From Oopsacas minuta (lineage: Eukaryota; Animalia; Porifera), in assembly GCA_024704765.1 (NCBI GenBank), contig JAKMXF010000055.1:318353-382352 (forward strand): DNA of 64,000 nt, read 5' to 3'. The notes beneath the pieces were generated by a model that was not told where the DNA came from, made no database searches, and worked only from the letters and a program-made list of their open reading frames with translations. Shown piece by piece: positions 15,421-29,999 of the stretch (position 1 is its first letter; the number at the start of each line of letters is the position of its first letter). Both the position numbers and the translations under genes were made by a program.

Positions 15421-18420
15421 AAATGTCTTCCTCAAGATGGTTCGGAGGGATGGATTTAGATATACATTTATTGCAGGGTTCTTTCAAATTTCCAACCATA
15501 TTATCAATAATTAGTGATCGTATTTGATGGAAATTTTCGGGATTTCCTGTCATCCAAATGGCAGTGAAGAAAATACGCAATTCCGATCTTCAGGAAGATG
15601 TAACATTTTGGAAAGATATTATTCGCGTAAATTGGAATTTTTATGGTATTTCATTTCTGGAAGAAACTAATGAATTATACAATTTTAAGTTTAACATTTC
15701 ACGAATAACTTTTCGTCCCTTGTAAGTAATGGGTTGGAATCTAGGAAGTTATAATCTAGTTCACCCAATTCTATTGATTCTAAATCTGTATTTATTTCTA
15801 CTTCCTTAGCTGGTAAACTAATATTTTGAACTTCCTCTGTGTATTTAACATGCTCACACACAGACCTAACTAGTTCTTTTAGTTTTATATTTGCTAACGG
15901 CTTTTGTTGACTATCTAATTGTGTTTATTCGATTTAAAACTTTCAAATGCCTTTGAAATATTTAAATCGGAAGGTTCAATATAGCAAAATTTGGTCATTT
16001 TCCTTTGGACCACTCCTCTCCAGAATCTTCCTCATTTTCCATAACATTTTTTCTTTTTTATGTTTAATTAATTCCTTTCTAATGTTGTAAAAGCAAATTT
16101 GTATGCAGCAATCCTGTCATCTATACTAACGTGTATTGATCCAATGAAATCTGCGGCCTTTAGCCTAGTTTCGTAATTACTAATACTGTTTTACTTTCTT
16201 AAACAAATTTCTACACTAGCGTTACTGCCTCTTACTGCAATATCTTTGTTACCACATATTCAAAACAAAATACTTCCACTCCCAAAGGTAGCAATGGCAT
16301 ATAATGCGTTAACAAAAATACAATTATGCTAGGAAAGTGTGAATTATTGACATCTTTAACTTCAGAGATGTTCTCGATGTCCTTAATTTGAGATTTACAC
16401 TTTAACTATATTTGCACGTGATGTTCACCAAAAGGGAGTTTTCTTTATACGTGACTGCATTTTATTTTACTGTTATATCATTTTCTCCTTTTCTGGAATG
16501 TAAATATCAATATTTTATTCTCCTATAATACACTCTTCTTATTCTATTACTTTGTTTTGTAAAATTTGTTTGTATTTCAAAACATACAATGAAACATAAT
16601 AATTCAAGTAGTTTATCAATTTGGTGGATATTTTTGCTCGTTAACATACGACCAAAACATGTAAGATCACTTGTTTTAGTTTCTCCTCAGGTTTAAATTT
16701 TTATATAAATTATCTCTAATCCTATGCATTTCATATGCTGAGGAAACATGCAAAATTGTGAGAAAATTTAAATCTTCTCCACTTATTGCAAATTTCCAAC
16801 AATTTGGAGGTAATGTAAAATAGGAAACTTATTAAATGCCAAACAAGTACTATGTATCATCGCCCCAACTATAACCCATTTCGACTTTTTGTATTGAATC
16901 TCTTTTTTTAGAACTAACTTAACACTTAAACACCATTTGTTTACACAATATGATATTTCTGCAGTCCCATAATCACTACTCATCATCTCTGCCACAGAAC
17001 CGGACTAGTAGCATATACTGGATGTTGCATTGTCAGGGCACGATAAATATTTTTATTTTACAAGATGATGGTTTACTAATTTTAGAACCCGTTGCATCTA
17101 AATTTAAAATGATTGGCTGGTTCAGAATGAGTTTCAGGAAGTAGTTTGTATCGAAGTATACATATGAACTATGAAAGGATCTTGTGCGAAATAATGAGCA
17201 TAATCTGGAATGCGAGAATCCAGTAACAAATACCTACAATATTGTTGAGTGGCTGCTACATCTTCTATGTAGATATTAAAAAATGTATCTCTAGATTTAA
17301 TTTCTGATTTTGCCATCCTCAAACAGTCTTGAGATTTTAACTGAGTTAAATTACCATATGAAAACCTTCAACTTGTCACAATTGTTGAATTGTTTATTAA
17401 ATATTCTACACACCGAATTATGATCTAATACACATCCAGTTTCATTGGGCTTACTACCGGATAAATGGAGACTATGAATACTTGTGTACCATCTGTATGC
17501 TGGGATGATAGGGTGCCTTCTGAGTAACACTTAACTCCCATTACTTAACAAACATATTTCATCCTCTATATGAATACGTAAGCTCTACAGCTATCAAATT
17601 TACACTCGGCTCTAGCTCGAAAGAATAGAGAGTTTACCTTACAACTATCAGTAAATTTTACATGATAATAATTGAACTTGGACAAATCTTTTTGCTGATA
17701 AATATGTCAGCAAAAAGATTTGTCCAATTACTGAGTAAAGACACGATACCGTTATAATCGGTGGTGTAAATACTATCCCATTCAGCAAGTAAGAGATGAA
17801 ACTCTTCAGATTCGCAACTTATATTGGTTACAATTTCGATCTCAGAACATATTTCTAACGACTGGTTGGTGATTTCCTCAGTTTCAACATTACAAATATT
17901 TAGGTGGCTCTGTGCAAGGGGCTCGTTAACTAAACTATGAATTCACTCTCGATATTCACCATATTTAACTTCTAAGGCATTAATACCATTAGTGTAAAAT
18001 TCCTCTCTTTGCTAGATTATGAAATCAGTCACGATCTCTCCACTTAAGCACATACTTCTTACCAAACATTTAATATAATGAACACTGGACATGTTCTGGT
18101 CGTGCTCATACTAACCACAAAACTAACAGTATACTACACTCCAAAAAGCTTTTAACGTAAGTACTTAAGAAACAGCTTGTGAAAGTATTGTTCTCATCAA
18201 TATACAAAGTTTCAGCGTATTGCAAAAATCCAGAGACATTTTGAGACAAAAACAAACTGTTAAACTTAGCGCCATCTACCCACAATTGAGATTCAGATAT
18301 ATTAAACAGGTAATACACATTATAACCTCCAATTAGTGGCCTAAGAGTTTCGGTATCGAAATCTATCTTCAATCGGTCATACTCAGCTAAATGTCGTCTC
18401 ATGTCGTCTCGTAAATTTAA
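15421..18420 (-). mobile_element. NOF-FB-like (MULE) transposase relic with a C-terminal OTU-like protease segment
   Basis: Hand translation gives FFRARAECKFDSCRAY (about 17600), PIILNLDATGS (about 17100), VAEMMSSDYGTAEI and AMIHSTCLAFN (16800-17000), and EDRNCVFSSL/WMTGNPENFHQIRSLII (15500-15600). Many stops and frameshifts. Boundaries approximate. Confidence 0.62.
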
Positions 18421-18640
18421 TTCAAGAGCCAGTAAACTAGGTTACCAAATGAGGAAACTAGATCGGAACCCTCATCTACACTTTTAAATACATCTATAAT
18501 GATAGTAGACGTAATTAAAGATGCTCCTATATGCCTCCATTTAATAGTACCACTTTTTAATCAAATTAATATAATTGACTGAGCTGTCGGCACAGGTTGT
18601 AAATTTGTATTTTTTACTAATTTATACTCGATGTTTACCT

Positions 18641-20881
18641 CACAGTGGCTTTAAATGGCTATCCGTAGGGTTTAGGGTGTTGAGTACATCTAAAGTGCAT
18701 ACGATGTACTAAGTATTTATGGGGTATTGCATATAACTAGTCGTGTTATTTGAGTTATTTAGTTAAAGTGTTCACACTAAAATTATCTACCAAGGATAAA
18801 GTTTTTAGTATCGTTCTTTTTGCTATATTATTACGGCAATAGCAATTAATCTAAGAAACGAATATAATTGAAATTTGTCGGGTAACCTGGACGTTTTTCG
18901 GGTTCTTAATACCAACAGTTAATTTTCCATTAAATATAAATTTGACTATTTTAGACTTATTACGATCTAGGCTTATACAAAATGACGATTAGGAATTTGG
19001 TTTGAGGGTATTTCCATCAGAATCGATAATTGATAGCATCATGAAGGCAAAGAGAATGTAATTTTTTCTTTTGAATTGTGGGTTCCAATCGAACTAGATG
19101 TAAATTATATGACAACCCGAACCATCTAATCCATCGGCGATGCTAATCTCTAAAGGATTTTTGTACCAACGGGCCATTGATTAGATTCAAGTAATTGTAA
19201 AGTTGTCCGTTATAAGATAGATTTATATGAGATACGAATTCCTATTTTAACTTGATCATTGGTCCGAATTTCAATAATCTCAGAAGATCCTATCTTGGTG
19301 ACACGGTAATCATCTACCCTCCTGTATAGGGGATTAAAATATTTTCTGGTTTACATAATTTCCTTATGTTAGTGTACTTGCGTTACCAATCTCAAGAAAA
19401 TCTAACAAGAATACAGATTTGTCAAGCTGCAATCGCTTGACACTACAAGCACATATAAGATTGGCAAGGTCTTTGCATGATTAGCTGTTCGTTGGTCGTT
19501 AGCTTCATTAGTGATTAGTTGGAGTGCATAGGTTGCAATTGTTTAGCATGAACATTTTCATTTTTAGCAATAGTAGCGATTATATCCAAAAGTGGCTTTA
19601 AATCTACATCTGAGAGCCTTCAGTGCAGATTAAGGCAGAGGTTTTCTTGACTACTTTGCAAGGTAGGGTTGGCTAGTTTAATCCACCCCCGGTTTAAACC
19701 CGGTTCGGGTTAAACTCCATTTCATGGGCTAAACTGGGTTAAACCCTATTTTATGGTTAAAACTGATTGTTACACTGTGTTAAACCTCATTTAATTGGGT
19801 AAACTACCTAAACTGTGTTTGAGACTATAATTTAGGATTTTCAGACAAAATTTTGATTGAATTGTAAACACAGTAAATATTCAAAGTCTTGATTAATATC
19901 GATCTGTAATCGTACAATTGACATAAAACCATACGTTATTTACTATGAATTTTGATGTTCATTTCCAATAAATATATGTATTAACTAATATTAAAATTGA
20001 GTATCTAAAATGGTCATCTAGTGCTTCTTGGTTATTCATTAGAATTCGAAATAGTTGCTAGAAATTTGTTAAATAAAGTAGTATAATATGAATTGCTTCA
20101 AATTCTAAAATTCTTAAAAATTAACAGGTAGTTGTATTTAAAATGCATGGTGTTCATTTGGGGTAGGTCGTGGGGGGCTGGATTTAGTTCTAAACCTATA
20201 TTATTAAATCTCAATTGTTGTCTGTTTGTCCGTTGTCAAGGAAAGGATTTACTGTATGCAATTTTGAAATTGTCGCATAACTATGAATTTATCGTGTTTA
20301 TCAAGGAAGTAGATAGAATTCCTTAAAACTTCACTCAATATATCCAACATGCTGAATTCAATTTTCACACTTTTGGATTAATCATATGTAAATTTATTGT
20401 TGTTTTTATGAATATAATGCAGACAAATTGCAAAATTGAGGTAGAATCATACTATCAACGACTATACTGCGGTATTCGAGTATGCTGAGTCTGAATATTG
20501 TAAACAACATCAATATTATTGTTATTTGTCGTTAAATACCTCCAGGCGCAATGTGCCGAGTTCATCGCGAAGCGACGAGCCAAAGGCTTGTTATAGATGA
20601 TAATATGACAAATCACCCTAAAACTTGATATTTCCTGGCTGTCATCCTGATGAGTATTGTTTATAGCGAGAATTTTATGCCTATGTATAATTACACAATA
20701 GAGGTGAAAATGAATTCAATTATAGCCATCGACTAAGAATGACATTAATTACAAAGTATAGGAATTTTCTTAAGAAATTATGATTCCCAAGTTTCAGGCT
20801 ATGCTAAATTTAATGGTAACATTTTCGAAAGCTTATGGGATGATGAAATTTCACTCTAAATCCTATGGTAAAGCCACTGTG
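18641..20881 (-). mobile_element. Transib element (2241 bp) with a decayed RAG1-core-like transposase
   Basis: Perfect 13-bp TIR CACAGTGGCTTTA at both ends and perfect 5-bp TSD TACCT (18636-40, 20882-86). Minus-strand fragments at about 18930-19430 read FLLDFLEIG/RKYTNIRKL, IGIRISYKSIL, ISIADGLDGSGCH, FAFMMLSIIDSDG and PNS*SSFC. Confidence 0.85.
19710..20030 (+). repeat. Dispersed non-coding repeat, second copy at about 60800-61110
   Basis: Collinear by eye (TATTTTATGGT.AAAACTG, TGTGTTTGAGACT, TTGTAAACACAGTAAATATT, CTGTAATCGTACAA), moderately diverged. Confidence 0.8.
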
Positions 20882-23740
20882 TACCTTTCATTATGTTAAT
20901 CATTCAACCTTAGGAAGCATACTCCCATCCCGAAAATAGAAGGGCTTTCAGTTAATATTTCAATTTCACCATTATTATTCAGTTCAGTTCCTAATAGGTA
21001 TGGATTACTTTATTCATTGAAAAAATGTTGAAATGGCCCGATTTTTGTTAAATTTCAATTTCAATACTCCACCAAAGAGTTTTGTCAACGCTACCCGATT
21101 GGTCTAAAACTTCGCAATCTATCTTTTCTTATATGTATATGTCTCACAGATTGAGAGGGTATGCACATTCATAAATATATATTACAGACACCCTCCAGCC
21201 TATCCATTCCTCCCCTTTTTGGCTCGTCGCGTCCTGTATTCTAGTAGTCCTTGCTTATACTACATGTCATTGATTTATTTCATCTTTTAATCAATTAATT
21301 TGCGTCAATTGCCTTCTTATAATGTAAACAGCCTCACCATAAATGTGGTTGGACATGTGATGCTCTTACATGAAAGTTTTCAATAAATCTATAGAGAGTA
21401 GGCTAGTAGTATTTTCGATCTGCTTGTTGACTAAATAATGATGTCAGTTTCGTGAGAATCAAAATTGATGGATTACACTTAATTTACCCCACTAATTATA
21501 AACATTTCAGTAGTCCCAATATTGTATCCCCATGTGACATAATATTCGGTTTGCTTAATATGAAGTCTCTATTTGCATTAGTCAGCACATTAAGTGGTTT
21601 ATTAGCGTTAGTAACCAAAATTGTTAATTTTGTGGCTTACTTATGCACCCAAACATTTTCAGACATGTTATCATCTCAAAATTGAAGGAAAACTTTATTC
21701 TAGACTTAACACAATGAGACATGGATCACGATTAGTTGGCTCTTAAATATTTTGTCTGATTATCACCACCAACTCCCTAATTTCCTCAGCTGATAAAACT
21801 GATATGAGCAGTACATGCTTTTCAAATGCTGATCAGCAAACATTTCATCTAACCTTTTCTATTGCACATGTGGAAATTATGTATAATTTTAGGTTGCACT
21901 CCATTAGTTGCAACCAAAAGCATGACATCGAGCATTTTGATGTGATTTATCCAATTCACATTTCCAATCAAAACGCCGCACCAGGAATCCCATTACTTCA
22001 AATTTACTATTTATTTTTATGGACTACATTTATGCTCCCTACCAAAATAAATCTTACTATATTTCTGGTTGGCACTTGATTATGTGAGGCCCGCTAAGAT
22101 CACCAAATGCTCAAATTTGGCTCCCAGGGTGTCACAATTTGGCTCACCCGCTATAATGGAATTTATTCCTTGCTGATTATGAATATCTGCATACTAAATA
22201 GATTTTAATTCAATATGATTGTGCATTTACTTTAAGTGATATATGGTGGAATAGATTGGCGTTTTCTTTTCTTACTAATTTTCGTAAGTTGAATTAATTT
22301 TGTATGCAGATTCTCGTTCACATGAAATTCCTTTCATTTTGCGCTCACTTGTCCATTTTTTGGATCTACTTTTTCCTTGACTACCCAGGAATGTGATACA
22401 TTTCATTTCAAAATTGTTTGGAATATGTTCATGTGACCCGTTGGATTGCTGGAAATTATATAATTTTGAGAATGACACAATCGAAAGACGATTATTTTTC
22501 AGTTTCGGGGCATTAACATAATTTTAATTTGTCTCGCAAACGGACCTTTGGTAAAATTTTCCCAAAGTCTGTTGATGTATAGTGGCTCCCTTATAAGATT
22601 ATGATACTGTTTGCTTTCATTTGGACTACATTTGCATTTTCTCCAATGTTACAATATTTTGCTTATCATCTAGACTAGCTATTCATCGTTATTAGACTAG
22701 ACTAGCTATTCATCGTGTAAATTGGGGAGCTCTACATAGTTGAGTTCTACTCTTTTCGCTTTCTCTAATATTCGTTTAGCAGGGACGGCATACCCGATGC
22801 GGCGAGGTCAGTACCATTGCTAGCTCTGCTATCCAAGCCTTAACGTTAATAATTTCATCTATTTTGTTCCCTTCTATATTTCTTTTAGTGAAATGCACCA
22901 TATTGCAAATTATCTATGTATGGTGGCCATCCCCTCCCAAAGTAAAAAATTTGAAATTTCGGAGCGTGAGGAGTCTTCCGTAACACAATGTTAATAATAA
23001 TCACTTGTATATAGAAAATATTTGTGCAAGTTATGCGGAAATTTTGTCCCAATTTAACTCAATTTTGGCTATCTATATAGCGAATTAATATATGCTAAGA
23101 TCAAGAGAAATTTCCTATTTATTGAATCTGAAATCTTTCATTCGATTACGATAGTAATCGAATGAACAATTACTGTTTGCCCTGATTAACCGGAAAATTT
23201 TTGTTTTGCATGTCATTGATTGCGATGATTTCGTTCCTGGAGATTTGTCCCAAAATTGAGGTTAAATGCTCTATGTTCAATTTACAAGTTTGGTAGTTTA
23301 ACTAAGCCATGAGTGAGCATTCTGTCAAGTCTTATATCCTTTTGGTGCCTATCGATAACAAACACTATTTTTTGTCGACTGCCATAAAGAGGTCCAGCAA
23401 ACTGAATATGACATGGATCATGCGTAAAATTTTATTCTACGACCGACTTGGTTCATTAATAAATAGCAGAATGTTCATAATATAATAATCGGCATCACAT
23501 TATGCGTCCCTGACTGTAGTCCATACTTTAATATCCTTTTTTTAGGTTAGCCACCCCAGGGATAGTTATGAATTATACATACACGTTGCATTCGTAGTGA
23601 TGCTGTGAACAATCTCTATCTTTATGTTTAATTCCGGAATATTATCTTTTATGTCTTACAGTTAGTATTATCATCCTATTTTATGATTTTATTTGCTATC
23701 TTGTAAATTTTTGTATACCAAGAAATGACTTGTGGATTAA

Positions 23741-24082
<342 letters not shown>

Positions 24083-25339
24083 TAATTGTATTTCAATTCT
24101 TTTTTGAAACTATCATTTTTTATATAATGACACTTTGTAAATGATTATATTTTTCTTGGGCTGAGTATTTATTCTCTCATTGTTATTATTCTTCTGAAAT
24201 TATTTCATTTTCTTGCCATGAATCATTTGTATGTTCTATGTCCGCACTACCCATAATACATTCCTAATGTCCACCTAGTAATACGAATTTTCTCCTGATG
24301 AACTTCTTAATCCAACTGTACTCTAGTTTCTTAATGATTTACAATATCGTGTCCTCGACATTTGAACCGGCCCAGTGATTGAAATGTTCTCCGAAGGTTA
24401 TATGGCCATATTTAGTTCTTTAGGGATGCTTTTTGGTATATCAGCTGGAACAGATCAGGTAATTCTTCACCCGACTAACCATTCAAATATACTCTCTCCT
24501 CCAGCCCCACTGGTCGACCGACTTAATTACCTCACTAGTCTTCCTGAATCGCAACTTACAAGCCCAAAATGGTCCTAGTTACATAGAGATGCATTGTACT
24601 TATGTGGAAATAGAGTGCGTAGATAAAATATGCGAGATTGTATCTTTATTGTGATAATCAAGTTCAAGTTTCACCTGTATAATTCTGAAGACCTCCATAA
24701 TGCGACAGTGTTTCTGATCTGAAATAGCTTCCGACAGTACAAATTCACTTGCATGATCAGACAATTTGCTAAACCGACAACATATTCATGGCCCAACTAG
24801 TGTCGGTTTATGCAGGTTCCATTGTATGATCTTATCCCAGGAATTAATGAATGGGTGTTTCTTAAGTGCCTGCAAGTCCACTATTGTTACTAATTCCTTA
24901 ATCATCCGCACTCGTAGAACAAAAGTTAACAAATTGCTGTAGAGTTTCCGACTTACGGACACGTTGGGGACATCACTTCTGTCCATTTAGGGTGTTTTCC
25001 GCTTCTCGGATACTGCTAAAGTATACATATATGATTACTAATTCATTTCGTTCCAGGATTGTGTCCGTTGTAGAGGGATTGTCAGCTTCTCCGTGTGTCC
25101 GTTTTGGGACACTCCACTGTACCTTTTGCTACTCTTTTAACAAAAGCATTTTTGGGAGGTAAATTTAAAGTTATCAAAGATATCATGGATGCTAGGGATA
25201 TAATTACGATCCAGTATTATATTTATGTTCATTATCTCAGTAAAACTCTTAATAATGGATTGATTTCATTGATGGCTTCAGAAATTCGTTGAATAATTGG
25301 TGAAGAAGTAAAATTTATTTTTTTTTTATATTATTGCAT

Positions 25340-26200
25340 GAATCCAAGATGCATAGGGCATGAACAACTTCTGTTTAGTTATGGTTCTGTATCCCAAGAA
25401 ATATTCTTGGGCTTTTCACATATTAAACAATTTGATGCCCTAAGCTTATCCAATGAAGCACAATTAATTATTTTTTCTTACAAACCAGCGGAAAACTCAT
25501 CTCTATTTCAATAGATGGGGCTAACGTAATGAGTGGTCATGTTAGTGATGTTCAAGCAGTTCTTAGAGATTCTAACTATTCTATTAGGCATCTATAACCA
25601 ACTCTCACACCTTATCTACAATCATCAATGTTAATTGAAATTGGGCTAATCTTGAAATAACTTTAGTTAAGGGAACTATCGAAGATTTAAACTTTTCACA
25701 TATCTTACCATATAATACTAAGAAGGCTGAATTTTTCATTTGAAAAATGTTCTATACCTTTGACTATATCCTCAACATTGCATTTTACGAAAAGCAAACC
25801 GGATCTCTAGATAATCCAATAACCTTTTTAGAGGATCTCACTAATCAAGTTCGTGTTCTGATTTTAGAGGAGTTGTATAAACGATTTTCAATTCAAGTCA
25901 TTAACATTTTGAAAGATCTTGATAGATTAAATCCTAAATGCATTTTTTGAATTTTGGTGAGCTACAGCAATTATTAGAACATTAATCAGGTATCTTACTG
26001 ATAGATGAAATTTCCCTACAATCTGAGTTAAGATTATTAATATTAGTGTAAATTTTTTTGAAGTTTACTACATGAATCCGGAAGTATCATGAAATAGATT
26101 CATTTGAGAAATTCTTTATCAGTTTAAACTGCATCTGTTAAAAGAACATTTTCTTTTATGAATTGAATATAATCTTTCAAAGAGAAAAACTTTCTGATTG
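25340..26200 (+). mobile_element. hAT transposase relic
   Basis: Fragments QEIFLGFSHIKQFDALSL and SIDGANVMSGHVSDVQA match the hAT FLGF...DGAxVMSG motif. Heavily decayed; no ends found. Confidence 0.6.
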
Positions 26201-26254
26201 TTTGTTAAGCCGCAGATTTGGCCATTAATAGGGATATCACTAAGAATACAAATA

Positions 26255-27469
26255 CGGAGGGCACACAAAAAGTGTTCTCGTTTGTTATCAAACTACAAAT
26301 GCATTCTAATAAGTTTATTTTATATCTATTTAGACGCATATTATTTACCTACAAAAAAGTTTTCATTCTTTCATCTTTTGTACTTTTCAAATTGCTTGAT
26401 TTCTAAATGCTATGGCTTGTATGGTTCCTCAACCAGGATTTGTCCTCACAAGACACGACTTTAGAGCCGTTTAGAAACACACGAAACTTTGTAGGAGCAC
26501 TTTCCAGATATACCTCCTTGTTTTAGAAAAATTGAGCGACCCTACTCAGAGCTTATTCATAAAAATTTTATTGAAGATGGCCCTGTCCTGGTAGGCCTAA
26601 CAAAAGACCCTCATGTTACTTACGCTCAGTTAGAGCATATAACTAAATTGTCAACGGTGAGGATAAAGTCATCATGCATAATTGCTCGAACTTAGAAAGT
26701 TATGTGCACTTTGGATCCCGCATTCTTTGTGGTCTGATCAGAAAAAGTGCCGAGTGGACTTTTGCAAAATTATGCTTAAAAGATTCGCTAATGGAACTTC
26801 TAGAGCTGTTCCTGAAATACTCACAGGCGATGAGACTTGGATATACCATTATGACCCAGAAACTAAAAGACAATCTAAGGAGTGGGTCTAAGTAGGTGGT
26901 TTACCTCCACAAAGGTCCGGAGAATTAGATCAGTCGGAAAGCAGATGTGGGTGATTTTCTTTAGACGTAGTGGATTTGTTGAAGGAATTGCACTTGAGGA
27001 TAGGAAGGCAGTCACCGCTGATTGGTATACCACAATATGTCCGAAAGTATTCAGTGCTATCGAAAAACAAAGTGAGAAATCAGATGTCCGAGGGATCCTG
27101 CTTAACCACGATAATGCTTCATCACATACAGTACTAAGAACTTGTGAGTTTTTAGAGATTTCTAGGATCGGAACGCTACTCCACCCACCCTACAGTCCAT
27201 ACCTAGCCTCTTGCGATTTTGGTTATTCCCAAAGCTGAAAGATCGACTTCATGAGAGGAGATTTTCCGCAATGAAGAATTTGACTGGGGTACCTTTCGTA
27301 GCAATTGAGGAAATACCCATAGAAGAATGGAAAATGTGTTTTGATACCTGGTTTAAACGTATGAAAAATGTATAGAGTGTCAGGGCGCATATTTTGAAAA
27401 AATGTGACTGTTTAAGATGTAATACCTATTTTGTAGGTATATCATCGACAAAACTTTTCGAGTGCCTCG
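26255..27469 (+). mobile_element. mariner family B, copy 1 (defective, internal deletions)
   Basis: TA flanks. TIRs CGGAGGGCACACAAAAAGT / CGAGGCACTCGAAAAGTTTTGTCG. Motifs TGDETW, HDNASSH and HPPYSPYLASCD. Stops and frameshifts. Confidence 0.88.
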
Positions 27470-28399
27470 TATATATACAATAATCGTAGCTTTTGCCAGG
27501 AGAGAGAAAAGAGCGGCATTGAAGTAATAATTAGATATTGCTAATTATGAAATCCAATAAGTCATATAGATCGCACTTTCAAGATCGCGATAAGTTTTTG
27601 ACGATCGGAGGATGATCGCCGATTATATTATAAACAGTCTTCGAGTTTAAGATCGCAATCATTTTTCCCAAAAATTTTCGATCTCTTCAGGCCGACAGAA
27701 TTTTCGAATCTAAACCTCAAAATGTGTATATATATTTTTACTAAGTTTCATGGCAATCGGACTGGTAGTTTTTGCATGGCCGCCCGGAAGGGCGGACCAC
27801 CGCAGGTAATAGAGCATCTCCCTATATGAGATGCTTATACTTTTCAGAAATGTGTTTGGGAGAATGTTCGCGATCCTTTTTGGTATAAGTATCGGAATCA
27901 AGATCTCCGATCATTTTTTTTAACGATCGGGATCACGTTCACAATCGTTATTCTCGTGATTATCTATTTCCCTATTTATTTATAGCAAACATAGGAATGA
28001 ATCTGTTATGTTTTATGTATAATTAGGTTACATGTGTAAACTCGGAATTTGGAAATTGCACACCCCAGCAAATCTGCACTAGATTCGTGGCTGGACTCAT
28101 AAGGCCCATAATAACCGTTTCATGATGCTTCAGTACTTAAAGATATTCTACTATAATTATCCCAATATAACCGAAGTGTCACGTTCGCAAAGAACAGAAA
28201 TTCTAATTTTATCACTTCGTTTTAACAAATTCCAAGCCCAAATCGAGATTTTGACATTTTACGTCATAAATGGCACATTTTCCCTTAATTGTTCGGTTAA
28301 AAGTGCCCCTTTTGGACACATTTGAAGATCTTAAAGTGCATATTACTTATTCATTGTATTCAAAATGTATTTATATTTTGATATAATTTGTCCGAGCAT

Positions 28400-29580
28400 G
28401 GGTTTTGCTTTTCGGAAGGGCTAGCGCTGGTCATTGCTCTTTTGGCTGATCCAATCGGAAAAGATGGTTTGGCGTTCCTGAGGAACGTCATAACTTTTCT
28501 TTTCTCTTGAAAGCAGCCAGATCAGTTTAAGATACCTGAATGGCGCCATTTGGGCTCTGGTTTCCTTCTGAGTTGTTTAACTCGCTTGATGGGTTGTTGA
28601 ACCAGGTCACACGACGACGGGGATGATACTTTTCTTTCGAATCGTTGCATGATAGTCATAGAGTGTACGTATGGTGGTGGTGTATGTTTCTAGAAGATCG
28701 TCAAGATGATCAGGGGGATTCGAACTTAGGTTGGATGAAGAAAAGTCATCGAGTAAGAGGGGGTGAAGAGGAGGTCAGCAACAGGACGCGAAGGTGTGAT
28801 CTTGTCATTCGGATCTTGTGATGACCAAGTTAAGAGTGTGTTCCTTTTCCTGAGTTGCTTGGTGGACATGTTTTTCGAGAGACATAAAATGGAGGAAATC
28901 TGGGAAATCCCTTGTATCCGACTTATTGCCCACATGGATGTTTATGTACCAGTAATGATTAGTGGTTCACTCCAGATTTTCATCGATCCATGCATCGATG
29001 AGAATTTTGTGAGGAAGTGGATATGGAAACACGATGGTCCTCGGGAGGTCTATAGGTGATAACGATACACAATAGGATATCTTTTCCAAGGATATTCCAG
29101 TCAGATACTTCTAAGGATTGATGTTCGCCAGAGGAGTTACGTTGGATGGATAAGCGGTCTTGGAATAGTAGAGAAATACCTCCGCGATGTCGGGTAGATT
29201 TCCTTTGATCGACAAGCTGATACCCAGGTGGTGTGCATTCAATTCGAGAGGCAGCATCTCGCGGCTTGAGCACGTCTCAGTGATAGCGACAATGTCAGGT
29301 TGGTGTTTGACAGGTGATCGAGACACTGAGCAGATTTTCTCTTCAGATTTTGACTATAAATACACCGAAGGGAGAGATAAGATGTGTAAGATCGAGGAAT
29401 TGGTAGAATAGTTTTGATGGTTATGAGATGGGATAGGATGGGTTGAGAAACATGTACCGATCGTTTGGCGTTCAGGTGTTCTTTTTGGAATTTAGTTTGT
29501 ATTTCGTGTTGGAATATTGTTGGAGTTTTGATTGTTTTCTGAAGGATTTTGGTAAAGTTTGTAATTGTCACAGACGAAGA
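28400..29580 (-). mobile_element. Non-LTR retrotransposon relic (CR1/L2-like AP endonuclease region)
   Basis: Fragments KHQPDIVAITET, PPGYQL...RGGISL, YRPP, PLIITG and HTLNLVITRS, followed by the WFN..RRK..KWR linker. No intact RT. Confidence 0.72.
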
Positions 29581-29999
29581 ATCTGGCTGTTTTGGATTTT
29601 AAGATATAGCTAGTATTGAAGAATTACAAATTTCTTTCAATAATTAGTAGTAAACAAGTACATAATTCTGGGCCCATTTATATCATCATTCATTATGCCG
29701 ACTCTTCAGTAAGTTCCTATACTCTATCTTAAGCCTTGAATATAATGAATTTCTATACATTCGATACCAGTAGGCAAAAACTATTTATACACATTAATTT
29801 TTGTCTCACTAGCTAATTTTGCTCCATAAAATGGGAATACTTTGCCTAATAGGATCATCTTTATTCCAAATATTCAAAATTTCTCAAAATATACTATGAT
29901 CTGTGATTTTCTTTCAATATGACCAAGGATACTTTAAAATTTGATGAAAATATGTCTGATCATTTTATAGGTTGATAATGAATCACATCAAAATTTCTT

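Noticed and set aside
18641-18690. Full 12/23 RSS (heptamer-spacer-nonamer) at the Transib ends
   Set aside because: Only the heptamer is present. No ACAAAAACC-like nonamer at 12 or 23 bp in either element, and no RAG2-like ORF.
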